Source: an uncultured Ilumatobacteraceae bacterium
GTDB lineage: Bacteria; Actinomycetota; Acidimicrobiia; Acidimicrobiales; Ilumatobacteraceae
Reading direction: 5' to 3'
Assembly (NCBI GenBank): GCA_964592165.1
Contig: CAZQEJ010000001.1
Location: 19,527 to 66,337, forward strand
Length of the DNA: 46,811 bases
In this document: positions 17,834 to 26,704 of the stretch, one piece after another
Layout of the letters: every line of letters begins with the position of its first letter
How positions within the stretch are numbered: the first letter of the stretch is position 1
Translations under genes and position numbers: made by a program
Notes under the pieces: model-generated
What the model was told of the DNA's origin: nothing
The model's input: only the letters and a program-made list of their open reading frames with translations
Databases searched by the model: none

Positions 17834-18455
17834 CGATCCCCGGTTCGGGGAGCTTGCGCAGCGGGGCGCGCAATCCCGGTACGGGGGCCTCGACGACGCG
17901 CACGTTGTCCAGGCCGCCGATCGCCTTGAGCACCCCCTGCAACCATTCGGCGCGCGGGTGGCGGAGCTCGACGTGCATCAGCTCCAGTCCTCCGGGCAGA
18001 GCGAAGCTGGGGTGGATGCTCCGGCCCCAATCGATGAAGAACGGCAGCGTTCCCCCCGACTCCGGGCCGAGGTCGGGGAGCGTCAGCTCCCAGGTCAACT
18101 CGACACCGTCGGGCCGCGTCCGGGCCATCGTGACGATCTCCCCGGGGAAGTACCCGGCGGCCTCGACCCGCTCGATGACCTGCGTCAGGGGCTGGTAGGG
18201 ACGGACGCACCAGGTGATCAGCTTCGGCCGATCGAGGGCGTCGATGCCGAACGGGCGGGGTTGGCGAGGAGGGGGTTGCTCGGGGTCGGGACCGACGATC
18301 TCGAGGTACGTCGACCCGCCGAGGGAGACGAGTGCGTTGCGCGTCCCGAAACCGGGATGGGCCCCGCCCGGGACGGGCTTGACGCCGGTCGACTGGACGA
18401 AATCGTCGACCGTGGCGTCGAGATCCGGGGTCGCGTAGACAAGGTGATCGATCAT
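17820..18455 (-). CDS. Glyoxalase-like/VOC domain protein
   Basis: 211 aa from the ATG at 18455. MIDHLVYATPDLDATVDDF...LEIVGPDPEQ resembles the glyoxalase-like domain. The 3' end overlaps the convergent SDR gene by 14 nt. Confidence 0.65.
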   Translation of the reverse strand: MIDHLVYATPDLDATVDDFVQSTGVKPVPGGAHPGFGTRNALVSLGGSTYLEIVGPDPEQPPPRQPRPFGIDALDRPKLITWCVRPYQPLTQVIERVEAAGYFPGEIVTMARTRPDGVELTWELTLPDLGPESGGTLPFFIDWGRSIHPSFALPGGLELMHVELRHPRAEWLQGVLKAIGGLDNVRVVEAPVPGLRAPLRKLPEPGIVTPA

Positions 18456-18548
18456 CGGGGCTCCGCCGGGGGAGTGTACGACGCCGCGTGACACGGTCGC
18501 CCGCCGCGGCGTCGCCGAGTATCGCGTGCGCGGCGGCAGACTTCTGGG

Positions 18549-19421
18549 ATGTCACGAGTCTCCTTCATCGGTCTTGGTGTGATGGGTGCACCGATGGCCC
18601 GCCATCTCGCCGCTGCCGGTCACGACGTCACCGTCTACAACCGCACCGCGACCAAAGCCGGCGAATGGATCGCCGCCCACGGCGGCCATGCGGCTCCGAC
18701 TCCGGGGGAGGCTGCCCGGGGCGCCGAGGCGGTCTTCGTCTGTGTCGGCAACGACGACGACGTCCGCAGTGTGGTGCTCGGACCGTCGGGCGTCCTCGCC
18801 GGGCTCGCCGCGGGCACCGTGCTCGTCGACCACACGACGGCGTCGGCCGTGCTCGCCCGCGAACTGGCCGAGACCGCGGCACGCACGGGTGTGGGATTCG
18901 TCGACGCCCCCGTGTCCGGTGGCCAAGCAGGCGCCGAGAACGGGGTGCTGACAGTGATGTGTGGGGGGACCGAGGAAGCGTTCGCGCGGATACGACCGTT
19001 GGTCATGGCCTACGCCCGGGAGTGCCGCCTGCTCGGCCCGGCGGGCAGCGGCCAACTGGCCAAGATGGTCAACCAGATCTGCATCGCCGGGGCGGTCCAG
19101 GGCCTCGCCGAAGGGATCGCCTTCGCCCAGGCCGCCGGTCTCGACGTCGACTCGTTGGTCGAGGTGATCTCCAAGGGTGCTGCGGGGTCGTGGCAGATGG
19201 ACAACCGGGCGCGGACGATGGCCGCCGACTCCTTCGAGTTCGGGTTCGCCGTCGAGTGGATGCGCAAGGACCTGTCGATCTGCCTCGCGGAAGCAGCGCG
19301 TAACGGGGCCCGCCTTCCGGTGACCGCCCTCGTCGACCAGTTCTACGGCGAGGTGACCGCTCGGGGCGGTGCACGCTGGGACACGTCGAGCCTGATCCGC
19401 CTCCTCCAACCACCGCACTGA
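18549..19421 (+). CDS. 3-hydroxyisobutyrate / beta-hydroxyacid dehydrogenase family NAD(P) oxidoreductase
   Basis: 290 aa. N-terminal FIGLGVMGAPMARHL Rossmann motif, then DAPVSGG and KMVNQ motifs. Confidence 0.85.
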   Translation: MSRVSFIGLGVMGAPMARHLAAAGHDVTVYNRTATKAGEWIAAHGGHAAPTPGEAARGAEAVFVCVGNDDDVRSVVLGPSGVLAGLAAGTVLVDHTTASAVLARELAETAARTGVGFVDAPVSGGQAGAENGVLTVMCGGTEEAFARIRPLVMAYARECRLLGPAGSGQLAKMVNQICIAGAVQGLAEGIAFAQAAGLDVDSLVEVISKGAAGSWQMDNRARTMAADSFEFGFAVEWMRKDLSICLAEAARNGARLPVTALVDQFYGEVTARGGARWDTSSLIRLLQPPH

Positions 19422-19428
19422 ATCGTGA

Positions 19429-19456
19429 CGAATGACTCCCCACACGGGAGCATTCG
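19429..19456 (+). terminator. Candidate hairpin after the HIBADH-like gene
   Basis: CGAATGACTCCC-cacac-GGGAGCATTCG forms an 11-bp stem with one bulged A, 8 nt after the stop at 19421, in a locally AT-richer stretch. Confidence 0.35.
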
Positions 19457-19519
19457 GCAGGATTATCCTCAGTGCGCGGCCGGCAGCGCGCCAACCGTGG
19501 TGAGGAAAGGCGGCGGTCC

Positions 19520-21172
19520 ATGATCCGCGACGGACGGACCCTCGAGGCTGGGGCGGTGCTTCGTACGGCGGTGTGCGTCGTCGGCAGCGGGCCCGCCGGA
19601 CTGACGGTGGCCACCGAGCTGCGCCGGCATGGCGTGGAGGTGGTCGTCGTCGAGTCCGGAGGTGAGCAACCCGACGAGCAGATCCAGGATCTGGCCAGGG
19701 GCACGGTGGTCGGTGACCCGTTGCTCGACCCCGCCGCCGTCCGCCACCGGCGGATCGGAGGGAATGCGCCGTCGTGGGTGATCCAGATGGCCGACGGCCG
19801 TACGGGTGTCCGTTATGCGCTGCCCCAGGCGGTCGATTTCGAGCGGCGCGACTGGGTGCCGAACAGCGGGTGGCCGTTCGCTCTGGACGAGCTGAACACA
19901 TACTACGAACGGGCCCAACGGACGATCGAGGCGGGTCCCTTCGCCTACGACGCGCCGACCTGGGTTCGTCCGGGGGTTGCCCCCTGGGCCCTCGATCCGA
20001 AGGTGGCCGAACAGCGGGTGTTCCAGTTCGGGCCGTCGAGTGCATACACCGTCACGGCGCGGCGAGCCGTGGAGAACGACGCCGGGGCGACGTTGCTCCA
20101 CCATGCGACCGCGGTCGAGGTCGAGCTCGACGAGGCCGGAGCGGCGGCACGCGGCGTGCGTTGTCGCCACTTCGACGGGCGTGAGTTCGTCGTCGAAGCC
20201 GACACGGTCGTCGTCGCTACCGGTGGCCTGGGCAACGCCCGCCTCTTGCTCCAGTCCGACTCTCGCCGCCCGGGAGGGCTGGGTAACGGTCACGACCTGC
20301 TCGGCCGTTACCTGCACGATCACCCGATCGTCGCTGGTGGCTCACTTCGCCTGTCCCGCGCGGAGCTGTGGTCGCACGCCGCGTTCTACGACATGCGCCT
20401 CGTCGACGGAGCCTCGGTGATGGGCCATTGGGCGACTGCTGCCGAGGCGCAGCGAGAGCACTCGTTGCTCGGGTTGAGCACGATCCTGTTCGCCCGGCCG
20501 AACCTGCGCCGCTCGCGCGGCCTGGACAACTTCAAGCACCTCGTCGAGGCGCGGGGTGCAGGGCGGATGCCACCGCAGTGGTGGAAGCTCGCCGCGACCG
20601 TCCTCGCCGGCGCCGACTTCTTGCCTGTCGCCTTCTACCGCAAGCTCCGCTGGGGACAGTCGATGTACCCCGGGTTCGGCCGCGGCGGCTGGGCGCAGAT
20701 GCCGGCCCTGGAGCGCAAGTTCGTCCGCTTCGAGGTCGTCCATCAGGCCGAGCAGACACCGGATCCGGCGAACCGGGTACTTCTCGGCAGTGACCGGGAC
20801 GCACTCGGCTGCCGGCGCTTGCGCGTCGAGTGGCGCTTCTCCGCCGACGACCTGGCCGCAGCGGCGCGGGCCCGGCGGATCCTCGCCGCCGAGTTGATGC
20901 GCGCCGGAGTCGGTACGGTGGAACTACCCGCCGACGACGACGGTCTCGGGGCGGCCGCCGGGACGGCGCACCACATGGGGACGACCCGGATGCACGACGA
21001 CCCGACCCGCGGCGTGACCAACGGCAACGCCCGTCTGCACGACGTGCCGAACGTGTTCGTCGCCGGATCGTCGCTGTTCCCTACCGGTGGCTACGCCAAC
21101 CCCACCCTGACGATCGTTGCTCTCGCTCACCGGCTCGCCGACCACATCGCGGCGCGAGCCGGCCGCGGCTGA
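19520..21172 (+). CDS. GMC-family FAD-dependent oxidoreductase
   Basis: 550 aa from the ATG at 19520 (GAGGAAAGG upstream). N-terminal VVGSGPAGLTVA...VVVESG FAD motif. C-terminal HHMGTTRM...VFVAGSSLFPTGGYANPTLT is the GMC signature. Confidence 0.85.
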   Translation: MIRDGRTLEAGAVLRTAVCVVGSGPAGLTVATELRRHGVEVVVVESGGEQPDEQIQDLARGTVVGDPLLDPAAVRHRRIGGNAPSWVIQMADGRTGVRYALPQAVDFERRDWVPNSGWPFALDELNTYYERAQRTIEAGPFAYDAPTWVRPGVAPWALDPKVAEQRVFQFGPSSAYTVTARRAVENDAGATLLHHATAVEVELDEAGAAARGVRCRHFDGREFVVEADTVVVATGGLGNARLLLQSDSRRPGGLGNGHDLLGRYLHDHPIVAGGSLRLSRAELWSHAAFYDMRLVDGASVMGHWATAAEAQREHSLLGLSTILFARPNLRRSRGLDNFKHLVEARGAGRMPPQWWKLAATVLAGADFLPVAFYRKLRWGQSMYPGFGRGGWAQMPALERKFVRFEVVHQAEQTPDPANRVLLGSDRDALGCRRLRVEWRFSADDLAAAARARRILAAELMRAGVGTVELPADDDGLGAAAGTAHHMGTTRMHDDPTRGVTNGNARLHDVPNVFVAGSSLFPTGGYANPTLTIVALAHRLADHIAARAGRG

Positions 21173-21188
21173 CCGGACGATGAGCAAC

Positions 21189-21212
21189 GGGCCGCCGGAG
21201 CACCGGCGGCCC
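21189..21212. terminator. Bidirectional hairpin between the convergent GMC oxidoreductase and cspA genes
   Basis: GGGCCGCCGG-agca-CCGGCGGCCC forms a perfect 10-bp stem with a 4-nt loop. Confidence 0.55.
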
Positions 21213-21275
21213 GTCGGCCTGTCTCATCGTGGGCGGGGCCGGCCACCGGTCGGCAGCGCCCGTCGCCGTTCGGTC

Positions 21276-21482
21276 TCAGAGACCCCGGACGTTCGTCGCT
21301 TCCAGGCCCTTGCGGCCCTGGGTGACCTCGAACTCGACCGCCTGGCCCTCCACGAGCTTGCGGTAGCCGCTGCCGGCGATGTTGGAGAAGTGAACGAAGA
21401 GGTCTTCCCCGTCGTCACGCTTGATGAAGCCGTACCCCTTCTGATCGTTGAAGAACTTGACGACGCCGGTTGCCACTTGCAT
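21276..21482 (-). CDS. cspA: Cold-shock protein (CspA family)
   Basis: 68 aa. Contains [15 protein letters not shown] (RNP1) and LFVHFS (RNP2). GAGGTGA RBS followed by ATG. Confidence 0.95.
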   Translation of the reverse strand: MQVATGVVKFFNDQKGYGFIKRDDGEDLFVHFSNIAGSGYRKLVEGQAVEFEVTQGRKGLEATNVRGL

Positions 21483-21601
21483 TCACCTCATGCTTTGCGC
21501 GGGGTCGCCGACATGGCGCTCCCGGCGTGCAGGTTACGGCACTGAGGGTCGCATCGGACAGAGTTCGGCACACAAGCCGCCGAGCGGCCCGGTGCCACGA
21601 T

Positions 21602-24600
21602 TCAGCGGGCGACGAAGTACTTCGCCTGCGGATGATGGCAGACGATCGCCGAGGTGGTCTGCTCCGGGTGGTACTGCCATCCCGTCTCCTCGGAGACCTC
21701 GATCCCCAAGCGGTCCGCGCCGAGCAGGTTGGCAATCGTCCCGTTGTCCTCCAGGTCGGGGCAGGCCGGGTAGCCCCACGAGTAGCGGCCACTGCGGTAC
21801 TGCTGACGGAACAACCCGGCGAGCGTCGGGCCGTCCTCGTCGACGAAGCCCCACTCGCTGCGGATCCGGTGATGGGCGTACTCGGCGAGGGCCTCGGTCA
21901 TGTCGATCGACAGGCCGTGGAGGAACAGGTAGTCCTGGTACTCGTTGGCGGCGAACAACTCGGCGGTCCGCTCCGACGCCCTGGCCCCCATCGAGACGAT
22001 CTGGAACGCCGCGTGGTCGGCGCCCTGCCCGATCGGGCGGAAGAAGTCGGCGATGCACAGGAACGGTGCTTCGCGTTGGCGGGGGAAGGTGAACCGGCAC
22101 GCCTCGGCCGTGCGTGTCTCGTCGGTGTAGATGACGAGTTGGTTGCCATCCGCGTTGGCCGGGAAGAAGCCATAGATGATCTGTGGGACGAGCACCCCGC
22201 TGGCCTTGGCCTTGGCCAGTTCGGCGCGCAGGCGCGGCCGGATGCGTGCCTTGAACTCCTCGTCGCTCTCCCCCGCCTCGGGGCGGAACTGCCACTGGTT
22301 GCGGAACAGGGCGGTCTCGTTGATGTACTCGGCGATGTCGTCGAGAGCGATCCCCTTGACGATGCGCGACCCGAGGAACGGCGGGACGAACAGCTCGTTG
22401 TCCAGGGCGACCTCCGGAGACCGAGCGGGGATCTCGACCTCCTCGACGGCGCGCTGCGACTTGCGCGGCGGCAGGACGCGGCCCGAGGGGACCGTGCCGA
22501 AGTCCGGGTCGTCGACGCCGGTCCGCTTGATCTCCATCAGCTTGTCCAGGGTGTGCAGGCCCTCGAACGCGTCGCGCCCGTAGAAGACCCGGCCGTCGTA
22601 GACCTCGCGCAGGTCGCGCTCGACGTAGCTGCGGGTCAGCGCCGCCCCGCCGAGAAGCACCGGTGTGCCCCCCGCCAGACCGAGCTCGTTGAGCTCGACG
22701 AGGTTCTCCCGCATGATCAGCGTCGACTTGACGAGGAGCCCGCTCATCCCGATCGCGTCCGCACCGACCTCCCGCGCCTTGCTCACCAGCTCGCCGATGG
22801 GGACCTTGATCCCCAGGTTGTGCACCTCGTAGCCGTTGTTCGTGCAGATGATGTCGACGAGGTTCTTGCCGATGTCGTGGACGTCGCCTTTGACGGTGCC
22901 GAGCACGAGGCGGCCCTTGACCGTGTCTCCCCCACTGCGTTCCATGTGCGGCTCGAGGTAGGCGACCGCGGTCTTCATCGTCTCTGCCGACTGCAAGACG
23001 AAGGGGAGTTGCATCTGGCCGGAGCCGAACAGCTCGCCGACGGTGCGCATCCCGTCGAGGAGGACGTCGTTGACGATCGTCAAAGCGGGCATGCCCTCCG
23101 CCATCGCCTCGTCCAACTCGGCGGTCAGGCCGTCGCGGTCGCCGTCGATGATCCGCTGGGACAGCCGGCGCTCGACCGGCCATCCGCTGCGGTCCTCACG
23201 CACCGCCTTCACCGAGGTGACGTCGGCGAACACCTCGAGCAAGCGCGTGAGCGGGTCGTAGCCCTCCCGGCGCCGGTCGTAGATCAGGTCGCGGCAGACC
23301 TCCAGTTGCTCCGCGTCGACGCGCGAGAGGGGGACGATCTTGCCCGAGTGGACGATCGCCGAGTCGAGTCCGGCGGCGACTGCCTCGGCGAGGAACACGC
23401 TGTTCAGCACGTGGCGGGCGGCGGGGGACAACCCGAAGCTGACGTTGGACACTCCGAGGCCGGTGACCGCGCCGCGGAGCTCCGTCTTGATCCGGCGGAT
23501 CGCCTCGATCGTCGCCATCGCGTCGCCGCGCAGGTCGTCGTCACCGGTCGACAGGGGAAAGGTCAACGCGTCGAAGATCAGATCGCTCGCCTGCAGTCCG
23601 TAGCGCTTGGTCGCCAGATCGTGGATCCGGTGGGCGATCCCCATCTTCCACTCGACGTCGCGGGCCTGGCCGCGCTCGTCGATCAGCAAGCAGATCACCG
23701 CCGCGCCGTATTCCTGGGCGAGGCGGAAGACGCGATCGAGGCGGGAACCCTCCGCCTCGCCGTCTTCCAGGTTGGCCGAGTTGAGCACGGCCCGCCCGCC
23801 GATGTGCTGCAGCCCGGCCTCGATCACCGGCGGCTCGGTCGAGTCGAGGACGAGGGGGACGCTCGCCTGGGTGGCGAAGCGGGAAGCGATCTCGTCCATG
23901 TCGACCGCACCGTCGCGCCCCACGTAATCGACGCACACGTCGAGCACGTGGGCGCCCTCGCGTACCTGCTCGGTGGCGATCTTCGTGCACGTGTCCCAGT
24001 CGCCGGCGAGCATCGCCTCACGGAACGCCTTCGATCCGTTCGCGTTCGTCCGCTCGCCGATGATCAAGAAGGACAGGTCCTGGGCGATCGGTACCGCCGA
24101 GTAGCTCGATGCGAGGCTCGGTTCGAACACCGGTTCACGGCGTGCAGGGGTCACGGCGTGCACGGCCTCGACGACCTGGCGGAGATGCTCGGGGGTCGTG
24201 CCGCAACACCCGCCGACGACGTGGATGCCGAGCTCGGCGACGTGCCGGCGGTGGAACTCGGCGAGCTCGGCAGGGGACAGGTCGTAGTGCGTGTGCCCGT
24301 CGACGACGCTCGGCAGTCCGGCGTTGGGCAGCACGCTGATCGGGATCGGGGAGTGCTGGGACAGGTAGCGGAGGTGCTCTTGCATCTCCGCCGGCCCGGT
24401 CGCGCAGTTGATCCCGAGCACGTCGGGGCGCATCGCCTGGAGCGAGGCGAGCACCGCGCCGATCTCCGAGCCGACGAGCATCCGTCCCGTGGTCTCGATC
24501 GAGACCTGGACTTGCAGGGGCACCTCCCGACCGACGGCGGCCATCGCCCGCCGGCAGGCGATCATCGCCGCCTTGGCCTGGAGCAGATCGATGCACGTCT

Positions 24601-25084
24601 CGATCAGGAACAGGTCGACCCCACCGTCGAGCAAGCCGCGGGCCTGGATCTCGTATGCGTCGCGCAGATCGGCGAAGCGGATGTGCCCGAGGCTGGGCAG
24701 CTTGGTCCCCGGCCCCATCGACCCGGCCACGTAGCGCGGACGGCCGTCGGCGGCGTAGTCGTCGGCGACCTCGCGCGCCAGGCGGGCCGCGGCGACGTTC
24801 AGATCGTAGGTCTGCTCGGGGATCCCGTATTCGGCGAGGACGACGGGGAACGAGCCGAAGCTGGCCGTCTCCAGGGCGTCGACGCCGACGTCCAGGTAGG
24901 CCGCGTGCATCGAGCGGATCACGTCCGGACGGGTCGCGCAGAGCAGTTCGTTGCATCCTTCGAAGGCCGCGCCGCCGAAGTCGTCAGGTCCGAGGCCGAG
25001 TCCTTGGACGAACGTGCCGAAGGCCCCGTCGAAGACGACCACCCGCTCGTTGACCGCGTCGAGGTAAGACTGCCGCTCGCTCAT
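21602..25084 (-). CDS. metH: Cobalamin-dependent methionine synthase
   Basis: 1160 aa from the ATG at 25084. Hcy S-methyltransferase, pterin-binding, B12-binding (DVHDIGKN of the DxHxxG motif) and AdoMet-activation domains appear in canonical order. Confidence 0.95.
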   Translation of the reverse strand: MSERQSYLDAVNERVVVFDGAFGTFVQGLGLGPDDFGGAAFEGCNELLCATRPDVIRSMHAAYLDVGVDALETASFGSFPVVLAEYGIPEQTYDLNVAAARLAREVADDYAADGRPRYVAGSMGPGTKLPSLGHIRFADLRDAYEIQARGLLDGGVDLFLIETCIDLLQAKAAMIACRRAMAAVGREVPLQVQVSIETTGRMLVGSEIGAVLASLQAMRPDVLGINCATGPAEMQEHLRYLSQHSPIPISVLPNAGLPSVVDGHTHYDLSPAELAEFHRRHVAELGIHVVGGCCGTTPEHLRQVVEAVHAVTPARREPVFEPSLASSYSAVPIAQDLSFLIIGERTNANGSKAFREAMLAGDWDTCTKIATEQVREGAHVLDVCVDYVGRDGAVDMDEIASRFATQASVPLVLDSTEPPVIEAGLQHIGGRAVLNSANLEDGEAEGSRLDRVFRLAQEYGAAVICLLIDERGQARDVEWKMGIAHRIHDLATKRYGLQASDLIFDALTFPLSTGDDDLRGDAMATIEAIRRIKTELRGAVTGLGVSNVSFGLSPAARHVLNSVFLAEAVAAGLDSAIVHSGKIVPLSRVDAEQLEVCRDLIYDRRREGYDPLTRLLEVFADVTSVKAVREDRSGWPVERRLSQRIIDGDRDGLTAELDEAMAEGMPALTIVNDVLLDGMRTVGELFGSGQMQLPFVLQSAETMKTAVAYLEPHMERSGGDTVKGRLVLGTVKGDVHDIGKNLVDIICTNNGYEVHNLGIKVPIGELVSKAREVGADAIGMSGLLVKSTLIMRENLVELNELGLAGGTPVLLGGAALTRSYVERDLREVYDGRVFYGRDAFEGLHTLDKLMEIKRTGVDDPDFGTVPSGRVLPPRKSQRAVEEVEIPARSPEVALDNELFVPPFLGSRIVKGIALDDIAEYINETALFRNQWQFRPEAGESDEEFKARIRPRLRAELAKAKASGVLVPQIIYGFFPANADGNQLVIYTDETRTAEACRFTFPRQREAPFLCIADFFRPIGQGADHAAFQIVSMGARASERTAELFAANEYQDYLFLHGLSIDMTEALAEYAHHRIRSEWGFVDEDGPTLAGLFRQQYRSGRYSWGYPACPDLEDNGTIANLLGADRLGIEVSEETGWQYHPEQTTSAIVCHHPQAKYFVAR

Positions 25085-25146
25085 GGCATCGAGGGTACCG
25101 GGGGCTCCCCACCGCGCACGGGGCGCCACGACTAGCGTGGAGAGCC

Positions 25147-26607
25147 GTGACCCTCGCTGTCGACCTCGCCCGTTCGCTGCCCCGTTCCGCCGAGACGATC
25201 GGGATCCCGATTGCGACGACCGGTCCGGTGCCGCGCAACGTCGGGTTGAGCCGTGCCGCCCTGAGCGCCCACGGCTTCGACGGCAAGGCCGGTCAGACGC
25301 TCGTCATCCCCTCCGCCGCCGGCGGACCGACGGTGATCGTCGTCGGCACCGGCGAGCGCGGCGCGCTCGACGCCAGCGCGCTGCGCGACGCGGCCGCCGC
25401 CCTCGCCCGGGCGGCATCGAAGCGGACGTCGTTGGCGACGACCCTTGCCGATGCCGACGGGGTCGAGCCGCGCGACGCGGCCCAAGCCGTCGTCGAGGGC
25501 TTCCTCCTCGCCGGCTATCGCTACCTCGAACTGAAGGCGGACAAGTCGGCCGCTTCCCGCCTGGAGCGGGTCACCCTCGTGGCCGCGGCGCGCAAGGCGG
25601 CGGCTGTCGATGCGGGGATCGAGCGCGGTCTGGCGGTCGCCGGCGCGGCCTGCCTGGCTCGCGACCTGGCGAACACCCCCCCGGGACACCTGACCGCGGT
25701 CAAGCTCGCCGAGCGGGCGGTCGAGGTGGCCACGGCGAACGGGCTCGGAGTGGAGGTGATCGACGAGCACCGTGCCCGAGAGCTCGGTCTGGGCGGCCTG
25801 CTCGGCGTCAACGCCGGGTCCGCCGAGCCGCCCCGGGTGATCAAGCTGACCTATGCACCGCGCTCCCCGCGCGGGCACCTGGCGCTCGTCGGCAAGGGGG
25901 TCGTGTACGACTCCGGGGGGATCAGCCTGAAGCCCTCGAACCCGATGCACGCGCTGATGAAGATGGACATGAGCGGCGCCGCGGCGGTCCTCGCGACGAT
26001 GAGCGCGCTCGCCCCGCTCGGGGTCCGAACCCGTGTCACGGGGTGGATGATGTGCACCGACAACATGCCCTCGGGCAGTGCGTACAAGCTCGGCGACGTG
26101 CTCACGTTGCGCAACGGCAAGACAGCGGAGATCCACAACACCGACGCCGAGGGCCGGCTGATCCTCGCCGACGGGTTGAGCCTCGCGGTGGAGGAGACCC
26201 CCGACGCGATCGTCGACATCGCCACCCTCACCGGTTCGGCGCTCGCCGCTCTCGGGCCGAAGATCGCGGCCGTGCTCGGCTCCGACCAAGGGTGGGTCGA
26301 CCAGGTCCGCGCCGCAGCCGGGCGCACCGGGGAGAAGGTGTGGCAGCTCCCCCTCGCCGAGGAGTACCGCAAGATGCTCGACTCGGACGTCGCCGACGTG
26401 AAGAACGTCGGCGGCGCTTACGCGGGGGCGATCACCGCGGCGTTGTTCCTCGATGAGTTCACCGGCGACCGGCCCTGGGCGCACCTCGACATCGCCGGGA
26501 CGATGAACGCCGAGTCCGACGAGGGCTGGCTGTCGCGCGGGGCGACGGGATTCGGCACCCGCTTGCTGATCGACCTCGCCGAGAATTTCGTCTCGCCGGC
26601 GCACTGA
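25147..26607 (+). CDS. pepA: Leucyl aminopeptidase (M17)
   Basis: 486 aa with a GTG start. Contains the M17 motifs VGKGVVYDSGGISLK, MKMDMSGAA and NTDAEGRLILAD. Confidence 0.9.
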   Translation: MTLAVDLARSLPRSAETIGIPIATTGPVPRNVGLSRAALSAHGFDGKAGQTLVIPSAAGGPTVIVVGTGERGALDASALRDAAAALARAASKRTSLATTLADADGVEPRDAAQAVVEGFLLAGYRYLELKADKSAASRLERVTLVAAARKAAAVDAGIERGLAVAGAACLARDLANTPPGHLTAVKLAERAVEVATANGLGVEVIDEHRARELGLGGLLGVNAGSAEPPRVIKLTYAPRSPRGHLALVGKGVVYDSGGISLKPSNPMHALMKMDMSGAAAVLATMSALAPLGVRTRVTGWMMCTDNMPSGSAYKLGDVLTLRNGKTAEIHNTDAEGRLILADGLSLAVEETPDAIVDIATLTGSALAALGPKIAAVLGSDQGWVDQVRAAAGRTGEKVWQLPLAEEYRKMLDSDVADVKNVGGAYAGAITAALFLDEFTGDRPWAHLDIAGTMNAESDEGWLSRGATGFGTRLLIDLAENFVSPAH

Positions 26608-26704
26608 GCCTGTCTCCGGCGCCCCGTACCGGGTGCCCGGCCGGCGCCAGGGTCCCGCGTCGACCGCGGTAGCGTCGCCGCCTGCGAGAAGCAAGGGGGA
26701 CCTC

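Noticed and set aside
18480-18513. GACGCCGCG-N16-CGCGGCGTC inverted repeat in the divergent VOC / HIBADH-like promoter region
   Set aside because: Short GC-only inverted repeats arise often by chance at this base composition. There is no adjacent regulator gene to pair it with.
21470-25135. 1221-aa plus-strand ORF covering the whole metH locus
   Set aside because: It is antisense to an unmistakable metH. The product is Arg/Gly/Asp/Leu/Val-rich low-complexity sequence with no recognisable motifs. It is a typical stop-codon-poor shadow frame of very GC-rich DNA.
25085-25146. Possible cobalamin or SAM riboswitch upstream of metH
   Set aside because: Only 62 bp separate the divergent metH and pepA starts, which is too short for either riboswitch class. 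No B12-box-like sequence was seen.
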